A stretch of 64,000 nucleotides of DNA from Podarcis liolepis (lineage: Eukaryota), in assembly GCA_965112155.1 (NCBI GenBank), contig OZ218098.1, one strand, 5' to 3'. Numbering within the stretch: position 1 is the stretch's first letter; the number at the start of each line of letters is the position of its first letter. Shown piece by piece: positions 10,625 to 22,600 of this stretch. Under the pieces are notes generated by a model. The model was not told where the DNA came from. It made no database searches and worked only from the letters and a program-made list of their open reading frames with translations. The translations under genes and the position numbers were made by a program.

Positions 10625-13600
10625 CTAAGGAAGAAAAAAGAGACTGTTAAGCTGAACATTTTCTTTTGTAATCAACTTGGCGCTGTACCGCAAAGCCTAA
10701 GCAAGTTACATTTCAAGTTACATGCGCCCTGCATAACTAAGAAAGTGAAACCTGTTTGGGATACCCCCAAGCTGGAGTTTTCTTATGTCTTAATAATTTG
10801 ACACAAACTCTTCAAACCTTTCCCCCACACATTCACCCTCTAATTCGAACCCAGAATACTCCCCTATCTTCTCAGAATAATTTTACAGCGGTCAAAACTT
10901 CCAGTTGGTCCTTTTCTGCTGCACTTGCCAGGGCTCCTAGTTCAGCCTGATCCACTTCCTTCTCCTCCATCATCAGACTGGACAGTTGATCAGAGTGTGG
11001 TGTTGATAATGCCAAGGCTGCAGGTTTAATCCCTGTATGGGGCAGCAGCATATTCCTGCAATGCAGGGAGGTGGACTAGATGACCCCCAGGGTCACTTCC
11101 AACTCCACAATTTTATGGTTCTATTTTACTAGACGGAAGGTCCCGTTTAAACATTACTCTAGCCATCTGGAAGATGCTGCCTGAAGCAGCATCTCCACCC
11201 CATCATTCAGCCTAGACAATGAGGTCCTGCTCCGAGGGTCTTCTGGCATTTCCCTCATTGTGTAACATTTAAGTTACACAGAAGCTAGCAGAGGGCCTTC
11301 TCGGTAGTGGCGCCCGCCCTGTGGAACACCCAGCCATCAATGTCAAGGGACAGAAGCAACTATATGACACTGAAGGCAGGCCTGTATAGGCAAGTTTTTA
11401 ATATCTGATGTTATATTGGGTTTTGATATTTTTCTGGAAGCCCCCAGAATGGCTGAGGCAACCCAGTCAGGTGGGCGGCATAATAAAATAACAATAAGAA
11501 TAACAATAACAATAACAATAACAATAATAATAATAATATTATATTGACTTATCTACCTAGCCTGGTCATTTACATGTCATCTCAACTGTGCAGGAGCCAG
11601 TTACAGAAAAGTGGCTTGCCAGCGGCTAAGGTAACGTTTAAAAGCCCCATTAAGCCCCTTAACCTTCCATACAGTACATACCTTGCCTCCAACAGCAACA
11701 GGCCTTTCAAAGATGCCATGCATGCCCAAGATAGCAGACTGAGGGGGGTTGATGATGGGCGTCCCAAACAGGGATCCAAATACACCGCCGTTACTGATGG
11801 TGAATGTACCGCCATCCATATCCTCAATGGCAAGCTCATTCTTGCGGGCCTGAAGGGGGGGGGGGAGAGAAATACTCAGTATCACTAGCATGTGAACACC
11901 TCAGAAAGCTCCCCACACTAAGCAAAGGCAAGACGTTATCTGAGAATCCCCAATGACTAGTGAAAATATTGAGGTTACAGGGGGAGTCCTTTGAAGTTCA
12001 TATAAATATCTTCAAGGTTGAGGGTGCTATCAAATTCAGATTGATCAAAGCACAAGACAGAGAGCAATAGCTAGATTTTTGCTGGGGTAGCTTAAGACTA
12101 ACAGAATGTACCTTTTTCGACACATGGCAATTCTAAGAAGGATAAGAATAAATTGAGTTGTTCCTATTTTGCCACAGCAATGTCCAACATATTATTTATG
12201 GGTGTAAAAAAAAAAAAGGAATACAGGTACACTTGGTTCCAATACAATGGAAGGGACTATCATCACTGTGCCACCATATAAAGTGCTATGTCTTTAAGGC
12301 ACAGCAGAATGAGTTTCGGTCTCCCCCCACAATATGCTTCCTTGAGAACACCCTCCCCATTACTGTTGACAAACTTGAATCCAGTCTGTTTCATGTTATT
12401 TGCAAATTTACCATAAACAATATGTTTTTTTCTTGAACTGCAACCAGATATGGAGATGGCTACTAGTTTAGATCACTTTTTTAAAAGTTAGATTTGTCTT
12501 CCAGAAAACTTGTCGATCAACATCTATTAGTCAGAACGGCCAAGTGTTTTCAGGTGATGTATCACAGAGCACTGAATGCTAGATATATATATGGACCTGG
12601 AATTTTAAGGCTTCTTGAAGTGGAGAGACTGCAGTTGGCTTTAGCTTTTTGTCAAATTACTGAACCAGAACCTTCATCCTGCCACTGTCTTAGTCACACT
12701 CCCCTTTCCCCCTTCTGATTCTCCTTAAGAAAGATGCGTGTCTGGTTTTCACCCTTGAGAACCCTTTACACTCGAAACATTACCTTTTCCCCCAGCTCAT
12801 TGATTGCTCGCTCAATGTCAGCAAAGTTCATTGTTTCTACGTTTCTGATTACAGGGACCACAAGACCCTGAAAGAAACAAAGATCTCTGAGTCAAACACA
12901 ACATACATAACATGACAACAAGAGCCAAATATAGAGCAAGCCATCACTGGACAGAGCTGTGTATCCAGAGGTACCATCTTCTCTAACTGATTGAGGCAGC
13001 CCAACATCTTGAGGAGCCAGGGGACGGAGCTGAACACCCTCTGAACATTGAGGGGGTGGAACTCCCTTGGCCCTTAGGAGCTGGCGCCAATGGGTGTATC
13101 TAAAACAGGATTGGGGGACTTACTTCCTCTACCCCCTCCCCAGTCAAATTTGATGACCTCTGTATCTCACTAGGCCTATGACTGATCCCCCATGCCACCC
13201 TGGAAGTTTGGACAAGAACAAGCACCCTCCCCTGCTGTAGGATTAGACAAAGCCAAGAAGCTTGCCTCTGAATTTTCATTTCTTACAGCTGAACACCAAA
13301 CCAAATGATGTCCCATGCATCAGCCAGATACATGTTCCCACAATACATACCCTAGGAGTCGCCACTGCAACACTGATATCCACATATTCCCTGTACACAA
13401 TCTCTTTGGTAGTATCGTCTATCACTAGATGGAGAAAGAAAAGTAGGCTATTACATACAGCAGCATCACGAGTCAAAGCTCTAATCAGGAGCAAAAATCA
13501 AGCTTTATTGATTTAGTCCATCGCTTCCTTCCATTCACTAAAAATTAGTAATGGAGGGAAGCTGATCTGCCAAGTGTAAAGGAAACACGAGGCTTCCGCC

Positions 13601-16600
13601 AGTCACCACCTTGCAAGGAGCAAGTGCCTTGACCTTTTCTCTTTCCTTCAAGTCCTGTGTGTTTGGAGGAATAGGCAGTCTTGTCTCATTTACACAGACG
13701 CACGGAAAAGGTAAGAAACAGCAGGAGTTGGGCATGCAATTTCTTTCCATAGACCAACTTCTGCCCAAGTGAATATCCTTTCACTATGAAAGGGTTTGTC
13801 ACAACACAGTTGCTTTTCTTTGCACAAGTGCAGAGACTTCATCATAAGGTCTGATAGTACTACCTTCCACAGAGGCTTGCTCATGACACTCAGGCATCTC
13901 AGAAACACTGCCCCATTGTTCTCACCTCCATTTACAACAGGCTGCTCTTGCAAGGCAAAGGCTGCAGCTTTCACGAAGGCAGACATAAAGCCAAGTTTCA
14001 TATTGTGCTTCTTCAGGAAGTTGTCCCTGTGCCGGGCTCTCATTTCCTGGATGTTACTGAAAAAGCCACCAGAAGAACATTTACTACTAGGAAAAGGAAA
14101 GTTCTTGCTTCCTGTATCTACTTAAGCACCAGATCTGCAGCACATTCCTGACTAGAGTTACTTTGTGGCTCAACCCTTATTTCAAAAGTGGCTTGCAATT
14201 TATTAATATTTTTTTAAAAAAGAAATGTTATCAGAGTTTCAACAAAGAGTTTCACTGCAGTATAGACTGGCTGATCTCTGAGAAGTATATCAGGAGTATT
14301 TTCTCTCCCTCCACAAAGTTTACAACAGCCATTACTTTACAACCATTACTAATGTTACCCTCAGGGTGTCACCAAAGCAAGCTACTGCATACTATGCTGA
14401 AATGCATATGGCTGTTCAAAGTATCCCCATGTGATGATGAGCTTTCAGGCACTTTAAAATTCCTATAGATATTTAAATTATGGGGACAACCACCACACAT
14501 CTGGTCAAAGGAGGAATAAAATATTAGATTTGCCTGCTGGTTATAGGTTCTTCACTGCTGCGCTAGAGCTACAGAGTCATACAATGAAACTAAAATGTTG
14601 GGAGATTTAGAAGAAGGAACTTCTTCACAGTGCACGTAGCAAAACTATGGACTTCACACTCACGAGATGTCAGTGAGGACCTGATGGCTTTAAAAGAGGA
14701 TGAGATAAAGCTAACTATGACAGCTATCTACTGCTTCCAGTAACAGAAAGCAGTATGCCTCTTAATACCAGTTCCTAGTGATCATAAAGGGGCAGAATGC
14801 TCATATCTTGTCTGAAGGCTTCCAATAGGCACATGTTTGGCCAATGAGAGTACAGAATACATCTTCCCAACACCTTGGAGAGCTCCACAAAGCCTGAGTA
14901 GACAGGTTAGTGGTCTCTTGGGTTCAGTATTGACACAGTGAAAGCAAACTTCAAAATAAGCATAATGGGAAATGAGTGGGGACCTTGTGCCTCCAGCAGG
15001 CTCCATCCATCCTGACAGAATTTGACCCTCGTTTTTGTTTATGACTATCTAAAAAGTAAACCATGTCTCCTGTTCGTTTGGCCACACTTAACAAGCACAT
15101 GATTTCGGGACTATGTACGTTGCAAGATGCAATGACTCTAAAATGCCCTCAATCAGAGTACAGAAAGTAGCAGTTACCATCATTCACTTACTGGAACAGA
15201 GGCCAGCTACCCAAATTGAACAGAACAGCTTTGTCTTGACAATTCTAGGCAGGCATTGAAGTAATAGCCTTCATCTTCCCCCTCCCAGACAATATGGCTT
15301 TAGAGAGGCAGTTTTTAGCAAGCACAAGTGCCCCTTTGGGTTTAGACTGTTTGTTTTCCTTTGCCTAATCTTGTTTAGAGCTAGGATTACCGTCCAAAGA
15401 CATTACCGCCTCCCAAGATACAAGGGTTTGAGGGGAGGAAGCCATCATGAGAAGCCTTTACAGCAGACACTGACACCCAGTGGGGAGGCATAAGGCCTTG
15501 GCCTAAGCCCTTGCAAGTCGGGGGACAATCAATCCAAAGCAGATTACTGACTGCAACAAGAGCCCAAGGCCAGAGTAAAGCGACACCTCCATTAGCCTCT
15601 AAAATGAGGTAAGTTGCAGCATTTCCTCTCCAATCACGATTATTTTGCCAACCTTATTATTCCAAGCACCAAATATTTACGTGTTTTGTCTTAAGAAGCA
15701 GGATAGGATTTCATAGAGCAATTTGATTTGGGCACCATTTTCCTTAATGTGCTGAAACATAAGCTTCCCCCTCCCCAAATCCATTAGTGCTCAGCCCACA
15801 AATGCACTTCATGGAACACAGTTGGTTCTCCAACTGCCAAGGAGAGATGCTAAGGCTGGGCGAGAGCTCCAGGACCTGCCTTTCGGCTGGTTGCACAGCT
15901 GAGTCCTTGCTTAGAAACAGCCTCAACTCTATACAACCAAGGAGCTGGCTAAATCCACTTCATCCCAGGACAAAACATACAAGATCAATGCACACCAATG
16001 AGCCAAAGTTCCTGTTCTTAGTGCAACACGGAAAGATCTTGGCTTACCTGCACATACTGAAGATATGGTCCTTACCTCATATCAATTTCATTGAAGGTAG
16101 TCAGCATGGCACATGTATTTTGAGCCTCTTTCAGGCGCTGAGCAATGCGTTGACGCATCCTGTTCATTTTCACCTGAAGTGGAACAAAAAGAGATATAAT
16201 CAAACCTCAGATCCCGAATGCCTCCGTTTTGGAACATTTCAGCTCCCAAACGCCAAAAACCCTGAAGTAAATGCTCCGATTTCCAAACATTTTTCGGAAC
16301 CCAAATGTCCGACACGGCTTCCGCTTCGGTGCAGGAAGCTCCTGCAACCAATCAGAAGCCACACCTCTGTTGTCAAACATTTCGGAAGCTGAACGGGTTT
16401 CTGGAACGGATTACGTTCAACAACCGAGGTTTGTCTGTAATGGGGGAAAGGTAGTTTTGCAAACTGACGTTGACAAGGATTCACATTGTTGACTATCACT
16501 ACCAGGAATAACACAAGTAGGAAAGGCAGTGCTCATGAGCTAAAAACTTTGCTGTATTCAGCCACTGCTCACAGAATAGTACAGTGGTACCTCGGGTTAA

Positions 16601-19600
16601 GAACTTAATTTGTTCTGGGGGTCTGTTTTTAACCTGAAACTGTTCTTAACCTGAAGCACCACTTTAGCTAATGGGGCCTCCCGCTGCCGCCGCGCCGCCA
16701 GAGCACAATTTCTCATCCTGAAGCAAAGTTCTTAACCCGAGGTAGTATTTATGGATTAGTGGAGATCAACTAAAGGCCAGCAAGAAGTAACCTGAAGCGT
16801 ATGTAACCTGAAGCGTATGTAACCCGAGGTACCACTGTACAACACAACTTGACTACTGCATCTCATGAGGCTTAGACTGGAGGTTTTTCAGGCAAAAGAA
16901 TGGTCCCCACTCGGCCTCAATCACCCTCATCCACTGCCCCATAGGCGCAAGAAGTTTCCAATTACCCTTTGCTCCACTCTGGCTCCTTTGCTGACCCCGG
17001 GTTCCGCCACAGGAGCAGCTGCAGCTGGCTTTACTGCAGAAACTGAAAGAAAATGGGGGGTGGGGAGAGAAATGTGTCAAGGGACTGAGAGAAGAAGGTT
17101 TATGTCCTGGCAAGCAATGGATGAACACGAAGGCTATCTGAAGTAGAGATGAAATACGCATTTGGGAGATGATACCTAATGCATGCTAGGTAGCAAGGCG
17201 GACGTTCTTTAACACTCTCCTGTGGGCAGTTCTGCAGTCTCCAGTTCGGAATAACTCCCTGCTTATGCAGGTGGAAGGAGGTTGGTTAAGGGGGATTAGA
17301 GATGGTCTTGGTCTCACCTGGTTTAGAATCCACAGGGAGTGATGACACAGGGGGCACTGGAGGCATCGTAGTGGGAATCTGTGCTGCAGGGGCAGGTGCT
17401 GCTGCAGGAGGAGGAGGAGGAGGCGCTGCCGGTTCTGGTGCAGGGGCTGCTGCTGGTTTGGCCTTGGCAGGTGCAGCTAAACAGAAGAATTGAGAAAAGC
17501 AGTTGCACAGGCAGACAGAATCCAAGAGGTGCATTTTTTCCACAGACCATCCAAGCAGGCTCTTTCAGTATCTTTGAGAAAAGTACCCTTTTGAGTCAGG
17601 AGCCCATATTAGTATAATAAGACGACGCTCACTTGTCTCATTGGCTGCTAGCACCCAGAAAATAAACTTGTGAAATGATATAGCTATGCACAGCGGGCTC
17701 AGGAGGCAGCAAGTTCCATAGATTAGGTTCTTTTAAAAGCTGAGTTTGGAAACTAACCGAAAGTGCTGGTGGCGACCTTTAAAGCCTTAAAATGGTTTGC
17801 TACCAGGTTGCATCTGGCATTGTGTATACCCACACTAATTTGCTCGAGGCTTTGAGATTAGCAACTGAGGCCCTGTTCCCAGGTCTAACATTTACTAAGG
17901 GCTGACTGACAAGAGTCTAGAGCAGGGTTCCTCAGTGTAGTGCTTCCATGGGAACAAATGTAGTAACTGCATGAGTCACCTGTTCCCACATTCCACCCCT
18001 CCTCAAAGAACCTGCCTCTTTCTATCTATCTATCTTTCAATAAATCACAAACCCTTATATTTTTACACATCGCCCATAAAATTTTGCAGGGAATTACTGT
18101 GATTTTTTCCCCTGCCAAATTACGCAAGTCAAGTTGAATTTGGACAATTCAGTCTAGTTACAGCATTCAGATACGGATTCTTTATTTTTGCAGCAAAGCC
18201 CATCATTGTCGCAGCTGTGGCAGTGTAAGAAACAGACATGGCTGGTCCCAACTTACCTCCGGTTTTCCTGAGTTTAAACAAAGGTGTACCTCCTTCCACT
18301 TTCCCCCCATCAGGAACTAGAAGTGCTTCAATTACGCCAGCTGCCGGAGCTGGAACCTGCACAGATGTCTGCAGATAAAACACAAATGAGCTCTCCTCTA
18401 ATCATCAAAAGAAAATATGTTAAGTAAATGGGACTATCCCTTGAAGAGGAATGAATGATACGTGAGTGGGATTGGCCTTTCTGCAGAAATCATGCAAAGA
18501 AACAGCATCATGGAGATATTACATCTTGGGGGTATACATATTTCACTGGAAATCAACTCTGCATTTCATCACAAGAAGGAACAGTACAGTTATTTATTTG
18601 TATCAACTGTACTGCTTGTTAAGTCCAGAGCCCCCAGAGGATGCCAGTGGTATGGCATTTACTAATAAGCCTCTCCCTCTCCAGTATAAAAACTGATTCA
18701 CTCTCAATCTGAGAATGGTGGAGGACATGCAAGCTCCCAGCAGGCATAGTTGAAAACAAGCAAGTTTTTCGAGTCAAAAGCTAGAAGAGTGCCCCTTGCC
18801 CAGGTTTTGTGATCTTCTGTTGTCTTTAGCTTACCCACCTCCACTCTGGAGAGCATCAAGAAACTACCCCATAAGAGCAACATTGCTGAATCAGGCCAAA
18901 AGGCCTATCTAGTCGGGCATCCTGATTCCTACAATTGGCATTTTCTCTATTTTCCACACACCACGCATAACTGAATACATCATCTGGCGTTTCTAATTAT
19001 ACAAGAAAAATAGGACGTTTACCTTGTCTGTTTCAATCTCACATACCACTTCATCTTCTCCTACTGTGTCACCCACAGCTAAAAATGAAAAGAACCACCC
19101 TAAGTAAGGGAACTCTTAAAGCTCATTTTCTTAAAGCTCACATCAATGCCTCGCAGAGAGTCTCAATTCTTACATATATGCCGGAGGACTTGCAAGATCA
19201 TAATAAGGGTCTGGACATTACATACCTCATAGAGGACTTACATTGACCTTTCAATCTTTAATTAGTTTGGTCAATTTTCACCTATCGAATAAGTGTGTCC
19301 AGAGCTCCTTTCACCAATGACGACTTTAGTGTATTCCCACAACAGACCAAGAAAACCATAGAAGACAAAAAAGCTGCCTCTTACCTTTCTCCCACCTGAC
19401 ATCTCCCTCTGTGACTGATTCTGCAAATGCTGGTGTGTTCACTGTAACAACTTCTTCCCCTGTAGAAGAAATGTATATCTGCATGTAGTAAAAGCCTTCA
19501 TATTCAGTCATTTTAGATTCTGGAATGTCTATGGACAAACACCATTCTTAGAAACCTCTTATATCTAGAAACACCTCCGAGAGCATCTACACTGACCTAT

Positions 19601-22600
19601 TCACACACAAGCCATGGTTTGTCGTCCCACAGATGATAAAACAAACCGTGGTTTTCTTCTCTGAAGTTTGATTTGTTTCCCAGCTGCTCTTGCCTTGTGT
19701 CTTTGATGAGCATTTGGGGTGAGGTGGTCAAGCAAACCATGGTTAAGGAAGGGAGCTGGGTTCACACAGCACACTAAACTTAACTGAAAGAAACCAAGGT
19801 CTGTAAGCCAATGGCTTTAGACTGTTGTTTGTTGGCAGTAAACCACAGAAGCTGCTGGGCTGGACTCACACCTAAGGCTAAGTTATAGTTTAACAAGTCG
19901 TGGTTTAGCATTACGTGGAAACCAGAACAGTGTCATCTCTCCTTTCCCCTTAAAATCTGCCTCCTCAGGTAGAATGTTCTCCCTCTTCCATAAAAGTAGA
20001 ACATTGGGGTCATTTTGCAGTAGATTCAGGACATATTTATATACTTACTCTTGCCTCTCTATTATTTCCCAAACTGTTGAAACAAATCATAAGCTTCTCA
20101 GGACAAGGAACAGGCTTTTTTTTAGTTTATATTATTTTGCAGAGCATCTTTTACACAGGTGACATGCTAATAACCATGCTTCAACTGAGACACTTGGGGG
20201 GGGGGGAGCGACCAGTAAGGGACATAATATACCAGAGTCCAACCTACACTACATCAAAACCACCTGTAGTATGACAAAGAAAAAACACAATTCCAGTCTA
20301 TTACTTTGTATTCCTGCATTTTGTACTCCTTAGTTTAGACTAAGAATCAGTTGAGGAACAAGGTTGGAAGGGAATGTGCAGGCAGAGAAGGCCTCCTCCC
20401 CCCAGTTGCAGTCATCTCAGGTACTTACTGCACACTGTGGTGGTTCTGAAATAACGGACAGTGAACACACGGGAGCCATTTACCCTGGAGAGCAAGAAAC
20501 AAGAGATCAACTAAAGGCCAGCAAGAAGCAGTACAGATTTTGCATCTGTTGGCCTGACTTGACTGGGTTGTCAGTCAGCAGCCCTGACAATTAACATGCT
20601 CATCGGGGCAGATGACATTCTGCACAGCACCTAAGGGAGTCTATTTCGAGGCATTCAACAATCAAGGAAGATCATATTTCTGGGATTCTACCTAGCTTGT
20701 TCCCCCCTCCAGAACAAATTATGCAAAATATGCAAATATATAAATTGATTCAAATCAGGTAATTTATACAGTTCAAGAATTCTTCTACTCTTGGTGCAGA
20801 ATGTGGATTACTCTGGTCTGGGATAATTTGGACACAGAGAATGCAGCTACCCCTCTCTGACAATACTGTAACTAGGAACTGGGGTTGTAGCAGCTACTCT
20901 CAATCCATGCAAATAGTCACAACATATTGACTATTTACATTTATATACAGTTGAATACTTACAAATGCTTCCTGCTATTGGCATAAGCTAACCCCTGGCA
21001 TCGAGAGACACCTGTAAAGCAGAAAGCACTTCAATCAGAAATCTGTTTACATTATATCACTTATTACAGTAACGTGTACTAAGACAAATTTGTTTAATAA
21101 ATGTTACAAAGGTAAAAATAGCAGCTGTCAATTATCATTGGCATGCAAAAGTCTCCACACCATTATCCTAGTCCTCAACAACTTAGTCCTTTATCTGTTT
21201 TTTTATAAAGGATTAATAGCAGCCCCAGTATCCGAAAGCTAAGTGTTGGCCAGTGAGGTGGGCAAAATTAATATCTATCAAGAAATGGAAAAGACACTAA
21301 CACAAGATCTCTGAATTCATTTAATTTATTTTGTAGCATTTCCTCTACCACCACAACATCCAGAATCATTCAATTCATCTGCATCTGGGGAGAAATGTTT
21401 AGAAAAATTTGCATACCCTGTGCTCCTTCCCTTTTTTTTGATAAAGAACAAATATGTTTACAACATATGATTTCTAAAAGGAGCCATTTTTTGGGAAGTG
21501 CTCAATAAATTCCAATTAATTGCACAGCGTTCCTAAAATAATTTATACAGTGTCAGATTATGCCAGAATGGGCGATCCCAAGAGTCTTTTTTCCAGAACA
21601 ATCATCATGAACAAGACTCCAAATACTTATTGGATCCATCTTAGAAATTCTCCCTGTAAAGTCATGTGGGCTAACTTATTCTGATGTGAGTTTCAATGTG
21701 TTTGGGCGCTTGGGATCATCTTATTATCTGAGCCAAAAAGTTACATCAAAATCACCTCTAAGATCTCTTGCAAGGCAACCTACAGTTCTCTAAATTATGT
21801 ATTTCGAACATAATTCATACAGAACTCCTTTTGCACAAACCCCCTTAAGTGAATGGGAAATGCATCAGAGCACCTCTACTTTTTCAAACTTATCAAATTG
21901 GTGTAGGTTAAAAATACTGTCCACCTACTCATCCACCTACATATCCTGAGTATCTGGGCAGGAAACAGGAATCATTTATCTATCCTTTAATGTGGGAGCT
22001 GCCAAGGAAGGTTAAAAATGGAGTTCATTGGTGGTTATGCTGACTCTGTATTATGGTCATTTTCAAATATTCTAATTTGTACACAAATCTGTTGGTTGAG
22101 CGAGCTGGTCATTTATGCTACATAGCTTGTTTTAACATATCATAGGTAAACATGGAATTCATCTCTCTGTTTCTTTAATCTTTAACTACTTTTAAAACCA
22201 CTTGTGGCTTTAAAGAAAAAAGTATGAATGTACTATAGTTTTTAACCAGGTTTTCATTAGATTTCCCTTGTCACGGTGATTATGAAACAGACAAGACACC
22301 TAATAATAATAAAAGACACCTAATAATCATCATCATCATCATCATCATCATCAACTCACCAGAGAGCGAATGTTTCCCCTGTGGACAGTTCCCCTGCTGA
22401 AGAGAAATATTATACAATCACCAATACAAAAAAATAAGTCATGAGTAACTCAAGGCAGAGTCACCTTTCCACACTATTCTACATTCCAAAGTAGAGAATA
22501 AATACACTGTTTTCAGATTCAGTAGGCTATAATGACACCTCTTCTCATCAGCAAGGTGTGACTACCATAGTTTGTCAGAGAAAGTAGCCCCAAGTTAATA

